From NCBI GenBank assembly GCA_040357565.1, contig JBDODJ010000015.1: a stretch of 64,000 bases of DNA, one strand, 5' to 3'. A program made the position numbers and the translations under genes. Origin of the DNA: Cercozoa sp. M6MM. Lineage: Eukaryota; Protista; Endomyxa: Ascetosporea. This document shows positions 51,850-64,000 of the stretch, piece by piece (positions within the stretch are counted from its first letter, which is position 1; every line of letters begins with the position of its first letter). The notes beneath the pieces were generated by a model. The model did not search any database. It worked only from the letters and a program-made list of their open reading frames with translations, and was not told the DNA's origin.

Positions 51850-54322
51850 ATCGTCAACATCGGATCGATCGCACGATGCGCAAAATCGCGTGCTGCCCAC
51901 AATCATTCAGATTCACAACAGAGGGACAGAGAGCAGCGAAAAGTACCGGCGCATTTGTGATCGGAAACAGCGTCGCGTCGCACGAGATCAAAGTGCGAGA
52001 ACTGACTCAACTGCTCATAGAGTCTGCCCTGCGCTTCGCCTTGATTGGACGCAAATACTCTCGGTTCTGTCAGAACAGGGGTTAAAGAAACTAAAGCGAA
52101 ACAAAACTCGCAAAGCAAAGAAGGATACCGGAAAATTCGAGTTGGCCAACAGTAAAGTTGCCGGCTTGGATTTCGCTCTGCACACGTTCGCGATGCTGCT
52201 GCTCGAGTCGCTGGAGATTCTGGCGTTCTTGATCGGTGAGACTCGACTTCTCGCTCGGCCAGCGGCCACTCAGACGCTGCCAGGTCGGCGCCTGCCAGGT
52301 CGGCACCTCGCTCATGATGCGCGTGTCATCGCGCGACCACGCCACCTCGCTCTGACCCTGCAGCCAACATGCGGTGAATTAACAACACACACAAGTAAAT
52401 AAATATACTGCAATTCAATCAGCAAATCGAATAATATATTAAATCGAATAATACATCACAATTCAATGTATATGAATACCAAATAAATAAATAAATTAAT
52501 AAATAATAAAAGTAAATAAATAAATTAATAAATAAATATATATACCAAATTAATAAATAATAAAAGTAAATAAATAAATAAATAAATTAAATAATAAAAG
52601 TAAATAAATAAGAAGCAAAAAATAAAGAACGTACACCCAAAAAGAAGCGCAAAAAACGCGAGCGACGACGCTCAACAGGAGCAGATGCTTCGCTCAACTT
52701 GTCCAACTGCATATCGACATCACCGTCCGAATCGACTCGTGTTGTGCTGGTTGTGCTTTCCGGCCGTGTCACTTCCAGTGACGGCTTCTCTTGTTTCTCG
52801 CGTTTCTGGCTTCGTTCGCGTTTCTCGCTTCTTTCGCGTTTCGCGCGTTTCTCGCTCTCGCTCCTTTCGCGTTTCTCGCTTCTTTCGCGTTTTTCGCGTT
52901 TCTCGCTTCTTTCGCGACGTCTTGCGCGCTTTTCGTGCTTGCCACGCTCCCGACGCTCGTCGCGTCGTTTCTGATTCGCCTTCAAGAAGTCCTCGGTGCT
53001 CATCCACTCCGAGTCTCTGTCAACGGCATCCTGAACACCAATCCAAACAAAGCGTAATGCGAAAGCAAAGCTTCACTGCGAAAGCATAAGCTTAATGCGA
53101 AATCAAAGCGAAGTAAGTTCACAAAGCGAAAAACGAAGTAAGCAAAAGCAAAGCGAAAAAACGAAGCAAAGCGAAAGCAAAGCAAAAGCAAAAGCGAAAG
53201 AAACACGAAGCAAAGCGAAAGTACATCGCGAAGACTGGTCATTGTGTAGTACTTGGAGTCCTTGCGGTGCGTTCTTCGATCGTGATGGTGTCTGCGATGG
53301 TGATATCGCGTGTCTCGATCCTCACGTCCGCGAGAGTGCCCGCGATGATAGCCGCGACTTCGACTTCGCGAACGACTGCGCGAGCGACGCCTATTTCGCG
53401 AAAAGCTTCGCGAGCGACGGCGATTTCGCGAAAAGCTTCGAGAGCGACGCCGATTTCGCGACAAGCTTCGCGAGTGACGGCGATTTCGCGAAAAGCTTCG
53501 CGAGCGACTCCGTGAGCGACTTCGACTTCGAGCGCGCGGGGAGTGAGCGCGCCTCGGCCAGCCGCGACCGCGATAGCGACGGTGCGAGCGCGAGCGACTG
53601 CGTCTGCGGCGACGCGAAGCACTTCGAGAACGGCGACGCGAAGCACTTCGAGAACGGCGACGCGAAGCACTTCGAGAATGACTACGCGAAGCACTTCGAC
53701 GGTGATGCGAAGCACTTCGAGAATGACGACGCGAAGCACTTCGACGGTGATGTGAAGCACTTCGAGAACGGCGACGCGAAGTGCTTCGAGAACGACGCTC
53801 GGAGCAAGATGTATCTTTAGGAGCTTCGTTGTCTTTCGCGTCAACTTCGTCTTTTTTCGCGACGATTTCGCCTTCTTCGGGGTCGATTTCACCTCCTTTG
53901 GGGTCGGTTTCACCTTCTTCGGGGTCGATTTCACCTTCTTCGGGGTCGATTTCGACGTTGCTATCGGCGGCATCGCTTTCGTTGCTTTTGGCTGCAACGG
54001 CGTCGCTTCGTTTTTTCGAGTCCAACGGCAACCTTGTTACGACTTCTTCTTTCTCTAAACGCGTCGGCTTGCGACCGTTCCCGGCGTTTGGATGCAAAGC
54101 AGAGTCGTTTTTTGTCATTTCGTTTGCTCCTTTCGCCGCTTTATTCTTCGCGGGCACGTCCTGCAAAACAACACAAAGAGATCACACAAACTGCAAACCC
54201 AAGGTGAAAGTGACTACCTCATCCGAGCTTGAGCAAGAATCTTCACGGCCAGTGAAGGGTAGCTTCGAGACATCGGGCCTCTGGATCCGTAACGAGTTGC
54301 TCGAGTTGTTGGAACTCGGCAT
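51850..54322 (-). CDS. Arg/Ser-rich low-complexity protein
   Basis: Tandem SRSASRRR, SRSFSRNRRR, EIDPEEG and REKRERSEK repeats; ends approximate. Confidence 0.6.
53340..53955 (-). repeat. Coding minisatellites (24-, 30- and 21-bp units)
   Basis: Directly visible: GCGAAGCACTTCGA.., TTTCGCGAAAAGCTTCGCGAG.., CTTCGGGGTCGATTTCAC. Confidence 0.85.
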
Positions 54323-54611
54323 CGGCAACCTGTGCAGATCAGAACAAAGCTTCAGATGCCCCCACAATAAAACTGCAAAAACAGAAAATTGACCAGAAAA
54401 GAGAGCTTCAGTGCCTTAGGCACTCGAATGTCACTTAGACTAATCCGACACAATGCAGCACTCTTCAGCTGGCGTGAGGGCCTTAAGACAGTACTTTATT
54501 TTCTTGTGGGTGTTTTTCGCTGCTGCGCGGATCCCAGCGACTGCATAGAGACCGAATTTCATCGCTTACGATGAATAATTGAGTAAGCGTAACGCCTGGT
54601 CCGTGGCAAAA

Positions 54612-57600
54612 CTACTGGCGGTGTCGCTGCGCAAGACCTTCCTTGACGAAGCGCTTCTTGCGTTGCTCCTGTTTCGAGCAAAAGCGTAATGCAAAAAGCC
54701 AGTAGTAGCAAAGAAAGAAAGCGATACCTTTGTGTGAGCATCGCGAGCAGCCTGCACCTTGGCCTCCTTCTTGGCCTTCTCGGCAAGGCGACGACGCTTC
54801 GAGTGCTTCGTCTTGCGGTCGCTATCACGCTTGAGTGTGCTGAGTTGCTGCAGCATGACGCGCTCGCGCTTCTCGCCAACAGCGAGGTAACGCTTCGGTC
54901 TGTTCACATTGTTTTCAGTAAATCAAGCAAAAAGAAACGCTAAAGCCAAGTAAAAGGCAAAACGAGCGAAGGCAAAGCAAGATTCTTGAAATTACCGCTT
55001 CGACTCGAAACTCTGGTTTTGGCGACGTCGCTGCTCCTTCGGCAGCGCTGAGAAAGGCAGGTTCGCACGCAGCGACTTGGGCAGACGCAGCGGGTTGAAC
55101 TTCTTTCGCAAGCCTTGGTCAGCCGGCCGAAGCTCCTTCTGCTTGTCCGTGTACACCGAGTCCGGGTTTGTTGGCACCGGCATGTCACGCTCACGTCGCA
55201 ACTCGCCCACGGTGCGCATGCCTAACGTGCATCAGCGATTAGAACAGTGAAAAACTTTCCCGAGATGAATTAGAGTCAAAAACAAGACGATTTGCGAGAT
55301 GAAAAAATGAATTTTAATGTACCGTGACCCTGGACGTGCCACTGATCTTTGCGTCCGCGCGGAAGCAAAAGTGATGACACAGGCTGCCAGAACTGAACTG
55401 GTCGCACTTGTGCCCACGCCTTGAGGAACACAATGTCGCTCGCTCGGATCCTGTCCTCGAACGTTGCACGAAAGTTGCCATCCTAAAACCAGGTTATTTT
55501 GAGGTCGATTTTTGCTCGTTTCGAGTGAAAAGGCACTTTTGGCGGAAAAATAAGTTTTTGGAAACAAAACAAGCGAAAAAAGACGAAGCACGCGGAGAAA
55601 GCGAAAAAGGAGGAAAACCTTGCTGTCGACGCCGTCCATACGTCCGATGGCCTTTTTGACTCGGCCGCGGATGCCACTGACGGTGCGCAATGAAGCGCCG
55701 TGGAACTTGGCAACCTCGAGACTCGAGTGGAACATGTCGCGAATGAAGGCCGTGTGCTTGTGAATCTTGTACGGGTGTCCGACAAGCTTGAGTTTCTTCA
55801 CAATCGAAAAAGAGGCGTCAAGTTCGACAACATGCGCCGTGGCAGCGATGCGGAAACTGCCTTGTTGTGAGGCACCTGATTCCCAAACAGCACACCGCTG
55901 TTAGAAGTAGCCTGTGCGATCAAAGATGTGGCTACCAGAGGACTCAAGTGCACGTGCGAGGAAGCAGACGGCGCCAGTGCCGGGTGGTGCAGCCGGACCG
56001 TACATGGTGGCAACGCAGTGCTTGTGACCACCGGGCGTGTACTTGATCATACGCAGTCGCCGATTCACCTGGAACTGCTGATCCACGCTGGCGTACACCG
56101 GCATTGTCTGGAAGCGTCGCCAGCCGAGCGACACCACGAGTGGATCGTTCGTCTTGAGCACTTTGGGATGCCAGCGATGCTGCTTGAACCGCATCTGAAT
56201 CATGCCCGTGCGTGTCTCTGCGTCGCTCAGTTGGCCAACCTGACACAGCAAAACACCTCCAATCCAGTGATACGAATACCCCCCCCCCGTGTGTACATTA
56301 GATGCAGTGCAGTAAGTGCTACAATCACAGGGAATCGCAGGTCAAAGTTGCGCACGAATTCGACGGGCACGTTGTTGAGCGTCACTTTGATGTAGGAACC
56401 CGGCAGCAGGCCACGCAGACCTGTTTAAGACACGGGAGATCAAAGGGGCGGGGTTTAAGGTAGACACAAACGCACGTTGCTGCTGCGCCGAGTCCTTGAC
56501 ATCAACGAAAGCATCCTGATTCTTCTGATCCTGCGCGTCGCGAGCGGCACGATCTTCCACTGTATAGCCACATAGTATAGCCACATAGAATAGTCAAGCG
56601 AGTGCTATAAACTGTTTCAGAGAAAGTACACATAGCATCGCGTGTTTCCTCCTCCTCGTCCGTCTTCTTCTGCGCCTGTTTCTTGCTGTGCCAGGGGTAA
56701 GTATGGAATAAAGAGAGGGAGTAAAGGGGCATGCAAGAGGGGAGTATACGCCTTGCGCTCGGCGATGAGTCGACGGCGCCGCTCGACGGCATCGGCATCG
56801 GTGAGATCGATGTTGTCGAAGGTGTTGTCGTCCTCGACCAGAATGTCGTCGTCGTCCAGTTGATCGTTGTCGTCGTCGTCCGAGTCACCGTCGATACCGT
56901 CATCAGCAGCGTCAGAGAAACCGTCCGAGTCACCGTCTTCATCACCGTCATCATCACGGTTCTCCTTGTCCTCCCAGCTGCCGGTGACGAAGAGGTCGCG
57001 AATGCGCTCGCGCACAGCCTCGTCGTCCCAGTCAGCCAATGTGCCGCCAGTCGAATCCTCCGCGCGGACATCCTCGTGTGACCACAGTGCCACGTGCCAC
57101 ATGGACATGTCGCGCGTCACGTCCTCGTCGTCGATGCCGAGGTCCTTCTTCTTGACGACGCGCGGACGGAAAAAGTCCTCGTCGTCGCTCTCATCGTCGG
57201 CCTGCTCTTCTGCGCACACGGGACCCCCTTAACCAATGACACGTCCCTTATCCAAAGGCACGGCCCCTTAACCAATGACACGCTCTTAACGACTTGGTTA
57301 AAACTCACCCTCAGCCGGCAGGTCGTCGTAGATGCGCTGCATCAGCGACTTGGACGGTTTCTGCCACACACACAGGGATCAGTCAGTCAGTCCAGTCGGT
57401 CAGTCAGTGACGGTGAAACACGTGGGAGACAGGGTACCACGTGCTTCACCTCCGATGATCCGAACGACGACAGCACGTGATCGTCGGCACCGTCACCCAT
57501 GCGATCATCAGTGCCACTGTCACCGTCTTGATCATCATCGGAACCGTCACTGCCACCGTCACTGTCACTGTCGAGATTGAGATCATTGGCACCGTCGGAA

Positions 57601-60156
57601 CCGCCGATCAGTTCGATCTGACGACCCAGGAGCAAACCGTCGTCCTCGTCGTCGGAACCGTCGTCGGAACCGTCGGCGGCAGCGACGTCGTCCTCGTCGC
57701 GGAACACGACGCGACGACGCACGCGACCGTCTAAAGAGGATGTTAGTTAAGGGGGTGTTAGGTTAAGGTGTTAGAAGGGTAGTTATAAGGGGGTGTTAGT
57801 TAAGGGTGTCAATTCAGAGTGTGATAAATGTAATGTAAGGTAGTGTTAGTTGGGGGATCAAGGTGAATCAAGGGGTAATAAGGGGGCGTTTGATAAGGGG
57901 ATGTAAGTTAAGGGGGTGTGAATTAAGGGATGTGAATTAAGGGGATGCGAATTAAGGGGGTGTGAATTAAGGGATGTGAATTAAGGGGATGCGAATTAAG
58001 GGGGTGTGAATTAAAGGGAACAGTGTTAACGAAAAGCGTGTGTACCGGACTCGACGACACGCTCAAACCGCATGCGACCGTAGACGTCATCCTTTTCGTC
58101 CTCCTGTTGCTTCTTCTCCTCGTCCGGCTAAGGGACAGAAGAGGGTAAAGGGGAACGGACAAAGGACAAACAGAGTTCAGAAAGCAAAGTGGAGGCAGGG
58201 TGCAAGAGACAAAGGGAAGGGACAAGGGACAAAGGGGCAAGAGGGCAAACAACAACAAAGGCACCACCGAGTCGGCCATGATGCCGGTGCCTGCCACCAG
58301 TTCGAACGAGTGCTGCGCCGTGTCGAGTTCCTTGCCGGCCTTGCGCAGGTCGCGCACCATGCTCTCGCCGTGCCCTGTACCGGCGTCAGTACCTGTGTGC
58401 CCAGTACCTGTATGTCCATAGCCAGTGTCTGTGTGTATACACCAATGCAAGTACCCGTACCTCCCGAGACAGTGTCGGCACCGACAGGCTTGTCGAGATC
58501 GACGGCGTCCGAGAAGTGCACCTCGTGGTCGCGCAGCTTGATGTACATCGCGTCGCGGTCGAACATCACGGCGCCGGCGTCCGTCATCGGCGCGAACAGC
58601 GTTTTTTCCGAGTCGCCGATGCGACGTCGCTCGCCGCCGTGCTTGCCCTGTCCAAAATTGCGTCCAATTCGACATCCAAAGTAGCCACCCCAAATAGCCA
58701 CCCCCTCAACTGCAAAAGGTACCAACTTGCGAGGCAGCGGACACGGGTCTTCGAGCTGCTCGGCCTCGCCGTTCTGCGTGAGGTCGCCCACGCCTAGCAA
58801 GTGCACCGGACGCTTGCGCCATGCCGTGCCACGCACGAAACCGTACATCGAGACGGTGCGATCGCACTGCCAAAAACAGCAATGTGGTCACAATTAAAAT
58901 TAATTCTCAGTTTTCTTAAGGCAGCGCTGTACGTTGGGATCCTTGTCGATCAGCGCCTCGCTCGTCATGTCCTCGCTGCGATAAAGGTTATTTTGGGGTG
59001 TTTGGGAGCGTTTAGGACAGCTGTTGGTGTGTTTGGGGAAGAGGGTGGAAGGGTACAAGCGATCGACGAGCAGGTGCGAGTGCTGGTTGCGCCAAGTCAT
59101 CGGACGGAACTTCTGCTGACTCACGAAGCGCGCGAGGTTCTTGATGTCGTGGTTCAGGTAGGCACGGCCGTGCTTCATGCCGCTGAGGTAGAATAGTTTG
59201 GCACCCTGGTACACCTCGGTCCAGAAACGCGACTTGAGTTCCTTCTTGACGCGCTTGAGTGTCTTGGGACTGCCACCAGTCAAAAAATCTTCCAGTCAGT
59301 AAAAAGTCACAAGTTTAGAAGCAAAAGTACTTGTGGAAGCTGTCGAGGTGTGTGAGCACACCGAGCACCTTAGGGAATCCGTGCGCCTTGGCAACACCGA
59401 GAAACTCAAAGGTTTCCTAAATCAAGCACAAAAAAACGTGCATGATTAAACCAGAAACTCGACGAAAGCTGAACATAAAACACACCAAAATGCAGCTTTA
59501 ACCTCAAAATTAACCTTTAAAAAGTAACCTCAAAAATGATCAAGTCAAGCAAACAAGTCAAAAAAACGAAATGGAAAAATAAGCAGACACACCATTTCAA
59601 AACCAAAGTGCGCGTCGATGCAGAGCAGCACAAGATCGGCGACTTTGGAGACGTCGATCATGGCGTTGAGGTCATTGGGACACTCGAAAAACGTGAGTCG
59701 CTGCGACTTGGAGGCCACAACAGTGATCGGGCCCTGCACGGCCTCCGTCGACAGACTCTGGTTGGTGTAATGCTTCACCAGACCCTTAATCAGCGTGGTC
59801 TTGCCGACGCCGCGCGGACCCACCACGGCCACCATGACCGGCGGTGGCGATGCCGTCTTGCTGCGATCAGCCTACAGCACAAATTTTAAATGAAACTATC
59901 AATTTATTCTTCCGCGCGGAACGGAGAAAACTACCATCACAACATGATGCTTGCGCTGCTGCAAGTCAGCATTGCGCTGTCGTGTGCGCGCCGCGCGAAC
60001 GGCTGACTTGAACGTGAAAGCCTTCGGATTGCTCTCACGCTGCTTGCTGACATCGATGCCCTTCTTGCGCAAATCCTTTAATTTCTTCTTCCGCGCGGTC
60101 GGGCCCGACTGGCGCGCACGGTGCTGTCGCGCCGCTGGCACGGCCGATCCTTCCAT
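54612..60156 (-). CDS. BMS1: Ribosome biogenesis GTPase BMS1
   Basis: [98 protein letters not shown]...LPF. Confidence 0.98.
57735..58030. repeat. Intronic TTAAGGGG-type repeat in BMS1
   Basis: Directly visible. Confidence 0.85.
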
Positions 60157-60454
60157 CGCGAACTCACGTCAAGGGCACACTGATCTGGCAGCGCACACTC
60201 TCAGCACACACGTGAGTCACCGCGATGCTCAATCTGTTAGCCTGAGGCCAAAAAGCGCAGGAGTGCCGGAGCTCTAAAAAACGCAATCGTAGCCACCGTT
60301 TTCCTCGCTTTAGTCCAGTTTGTGCCTATCCAGACGTGTGTTTCAACTAGGAGGGTGCGTTTTGTGAGCTCAAAGGAAAGAGAGCTACCAAAAACGACAA
60401 TTTCGAGGATACAGGTGACTGTCGAAGTGCATCCGTTCATTGATCGAAGAGAGG

Positions 60455-61523
60455 ATGAAGTATCTTGAGCTGGAGAGCTTCGAGGCTCTCAATCACAATC
60501 TTCGTCAGGTGCGTTGTGATGTCATTCTGCTTTGATCGAATAGTGATCGCATGCGTGTTTCTTGGTGTTGTGCAGCTCGATCTGCCGGATCGATTCATCA
60601 TGTCGAAAGTCGAGCCGTACTCGGCGAAGATGATCAACGCCGACAAGAAGCTGACTACAGAGCTGCGACGACAGTTTGGCGACGAGCAGAGTGGCGTGGA
60701 GACGAAGCTGCTGGCATGGCTCACGATGGCGATGCAGCTTTCGTGGGAGGATCATGTGTTCTCGCATGCCGTGCGGCCAGAGGATTTCAAGAAGGTGCCG
60801 CTGCAAGAGGCGAAAGCTGACATCGATCGACGCTTTACATCGATGGTATCTCGCGCCTTGTCGCTTTTGCTGTTGAGTCGCTTTTGCTTTGACTCGAGTT
60901 GAGTTGCTCTGGCTTGCTTTTGCTTGACTTGCTTTTGCTTCGATTGCTTTTGAGGATTGATTTGACACCCAGGTGGCGCAACTGTCGTTGAATTTCCCCG
61001 GCGAGTTGTGGAGCGCGATCAACGCTTTCGTGAACAGTGAGGGCGACGACAGTCATGTGTACGTATCTTTGCTTTGCAAGCCAGAGAAAGAGAGAAGTCA
61101 AAGTTTTGAATGAAACCTGAACCTTGGGCAGCAAGAACGACCTCGAAGTGTACCATTACGAACCTGAAGACGACGCTGAGGACGTCTTCCAGCGAGGCGC
61201 TTTGTTTGCGCTGAATTACTTCTTCGTGAGTCGGTCGCGCAAGCGTGTAGTCTACCTCAGCTGCATCTGCAAGTCGAAGCTGCACTCGCCGGCGATTCTC
61301 GGCGTGCGAGGCGACGACGCGGTCGACGACGATTTCGACCTTGGTCCGAGTACATGCTTTCTTTTTCGCGTGTTTTTCTACCAGTTTCTTTATTGAGTTG
61401 TACGTTTGTTTGGCAAAAGGCTATGACGAAGTCGGCATCGTCGATGACGAGTTCGAGGACAGACAGCGCGAGATCCTCGAGCGACAGCTCATGCGCGACG
61501 ACGACGACGATGACTTTGCGTGA
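60455..61523 (+). CDS. MAF1: RNA polymerase III repressor Maf1
   Basis: MKYLE....EALN, VEPYSAKM..ADKKL, DHVFSHAVRPEDF, LWSAIN, LFALNYFFVSRSRKRVVYL, acidic tail. Confidence 0.92.
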
Positions 61524-61697
61524 AACCAGAACAGACGAGACTGCTTCTTTCTGATAGTTGGTTAGTTAGTTGCGTTGAGTAGCTCTAAGTGTTATCCAAA
61601 GTGTGTTAGAGGCATTGGTGTCTGACTGCGGGAACACTTGGGGCTACGAGAGCCCCTCCATCAGATCATTTTGTCGTGTTCGGCACGGACTTTCAGT

Positions 61698-62411
61698 TCA
61701 CTGGTCATGGGTTGCTTCGCCTATCGGCTTCGGCGTGGAGCCGAATCCTGGGAGGTTACCCCAGCTCAGGAGCCTGAGAAGTTGATCTTCGACAGTGACC
61801 AGATCGGTCATCAGCGAATCTAGGAACGCGTCAGATTCAGCGATGAGTCGACCTGCCTCGAGATCACACTCGAACTGCGCCTCGTCAGCCTGCACAATTT
61901 TATCGGTACCAATGCGGAAAAAGTACTGTATACTATACACTACAATCTCCTCGTTACTACAGTAATAGTAAAACTTACTGCCAAGCGTTTAGCGCTCGTT
62001 GCAAAATACGAACTTCCCCGCTTGATTCGCTGCTGCATAAGCTCGAGGGCGTTTTCCATCTCCTTTGTGAGTTCCGAATCCTAGTCATCGCAAACATGTT
62101 GATCGGTTGTTTGTTTTCAATTTGCTCGGATTTAACTAAACAGGACTACACGTTACCGCAAGGTTATGTTCCACGACTGCAACGGAGAGAAGACTCTTGA
62201 GATCATCCAAAAATGCCCAAGCATGCTGCGTGTTGGATTGGAGCTGTGTTTCCAAGTTGTCCATTTCGGTGATTTCACTCATTGGAAGGGGTGGGCGCGA
62301 CTCGCCGGACCCAGTCCCTGGACCATCGGACTTTAGCTGGCCTGGCAAGCGAAGAGGAGCACCAGTGCACGCAGCCACCAACAGCGCTAACCCGAAGCCC
62401 AGAAGTTTCAT
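61698..62411 (-). CDS. Small secreted hypothetical protein
   Basis: Signal peptide MKLLGFGLALLVAACTG; three exons. Confidence 0.5.
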
Positions 62412-62748
62412 GTTTAGCTGCCGTACCTGTGACACGCGTACCAGTACGGTAGTAAATGCCTAACTTCAGGACTGTTTCGGTCCGGACCGGCACATTCAAG
62501 TTACTTTTTGGCCGCGCGTGGCGTGGCCGGCAGTTAACGTTGTCGGTTCGTGCTGTCGTGTATGAACTGAACGGCGCATGCGCTAAACCACTCCAGTTGG
62601 CCGGATCAACTCGAGAGACTGAGATATAAGATTAGATGCACTGGACCCGGCGACGTGCAGTTCAATCGATAATACGCAGTAAACGAAAGAAAACAACAAA
62701 GGAAAGATCCACTGAACTGAAAAACTGTCGTCGACTCGGATGAGTGAC

Positions 62749-64000
62749 TTAGACGACGAAACCTTCGGAGAAGGCACCGACCGGGAAGGCCCAAAGCGGC
62801 TTTTTGTTGGTGTCGATCTTGCTCTGTGCAATAACACAAGAGGAGAGGTCGGTACAATGAGAGGAAGGAAGGAAGGAAGTGTGTAGTGTACGTAGTCGTT
62901 GTTGTAGCGGTTGATGTCGTTGAGCGTGATGAAGCCCTGCTGCATGAGGATGTCGAGCAGCGGCTGGCGCGGCGGCATCGGCTTCATCCATGGCTCCAGG
63001 AGGATCCAGAACCAGCGCGTGCCCACCAGCACGTGCGGGAAGCGGTGGTACGACGACTCAATCTGGCCGAGTCTCTTGTTCTGCTCACACATCAACACAA
63101 GCACACATATACACACATATCAGTCCACACATTCCAGTGAGTGCCACCTCCTCGAGACGCTTCGGCGGCATCGGAATCGGTCGGTTTTCGTAGGCCTGTC
63201 ACACAAACAGATACCTCGCCCTGCTCACTGCACATCGACGAATGGCAAGACCAGTCACCTTGGTGCTCATTCTGAGTTGGCCCACTCCAGAAATGTTGAG
63301 CAGCTTGTCTCTAATCTGCGCACACACAGAGGAAGGTCAGAGCGTAGACTGCCTGATTGACTGAGTGGGTCTGAAGAAACGCACATCCGACGACGGATCG
63401 AGCTTGCCGGCCAGAATGTCGCGATCCGAGATGAACTCGTTTCGAATTTCGAGCGTGCCAAGGTTTCGCACACGCTGTCGCAAAAACAAACTTCAGTTCA
63501 AAAGAAAGGAGAGAAGAGCGAAGAAAAAAAAGAGGCAGAAAGCACCTGCAGGATGCGGCGGAGTGTTTCGAGACGTTCCTGCGGCGTGTTGCCCACCATA
63601 TTGGCCGCCAACGAGCCTTCCTTCACGGCCTTGAGACCGCGCACCAGACGCAGCTCGGCGTACAGTTCCCAGGCCTGACAAAACAACACGGGTAAGACTG
63701 GTGAGAAACAACGGCAACAAGAGATTGTGAGCAAGGGATGGTGCAATGGATTGTATGCAATGGGTTGTGTGATACGGCAGTGAGGGCCTCGTTCGACAGC
63801 GTGCCGTACTTGTGCGTGATCATCTGCACGAGTTCCGGCTCGCGCGACAGGATCTCGTGGAAGTGCTGCAGGAAGAACTCGGCGTCCTTGGCCAGCAGGT
63901 CATTGCACTGCTGCTGCCAGTTGCCCTTCTCAGCCGAGTATTCCTCTCCCAACAGGTACTCCATCAGCTTGAAGAACGCCATCAGCACCGGCGTCCACAG
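62749..64000 (-). CDS. Hypothetical protein, 3' part (start outside the window)
   Basis: High-GC3 exons ending ...WAFPVGAFSEGFVV*. Confidence 0.65.

Noticed and set aside
52398-52628. AT-rich island as foreign DNA or an origin
   Set aside because: An (AATA)n low-complexity intron bounded by GT-AG on the minus strand.
53340-53800. CRISPR-like array
   Set aside because: Contiguous coding tandem repeats without unique spacers; eukaryotic context and no cas genes.
53095-53820. 241-aa plus-strand repeat ORF (AKHFENGD)n
   Set aside because: Antisense shadow of the RS-repeat exon; it begins inside a minus-strand intron.

Overview
Gene-dense, intron-rich nuclear DNA of a unicellular eukaryote (standard genetic code, GT-AG introns mostly ~50-250 nt; lineage not determinable from this window). 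I reconstructed about 26 spliced genes by hand. Recognisable ones: GlxK-type glycerate kinase (partial), HeH/LEM-MSC inner-nuclear-membrane protein (Src1/Man1-like), proteasome Rpn1, a three-CNB cyclic-nucleotide-dependent kinase, Cmc1-like twin-CX9C protein, a DxD type-II membrane protein, an apparent URC1-URC4 fusion, AIM24-family protein, adenylosuccinate synthetase, ZUP1/Mug105-like deubiquitinase, a truncated PTC7-like PP2C, a U6 snRNA gene, a TFIIIA-like C2H2 protein, SGNH hydrolase, SRPBCC protein, acyl-CoA oxidase (cut by an assembly gap), BMS1 and Maf1, plus several orphans. Most interesting: (1) the in-frame URC1+URC4 pyrimidine-catabolism fusion; (2) a kinase mixing PKG architecture with PKA-like motifs; (3) a divergent U6 lying antisense where a PTC7 gene breaks off; (4) gene-specific intronic microsatellite 'dialects'; (5) several structured intergenic segments that may be unannotated ncRNAs. 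CDS coordinates are whole gene spans including introns. Family calls come from recalled motifs, not database searches.
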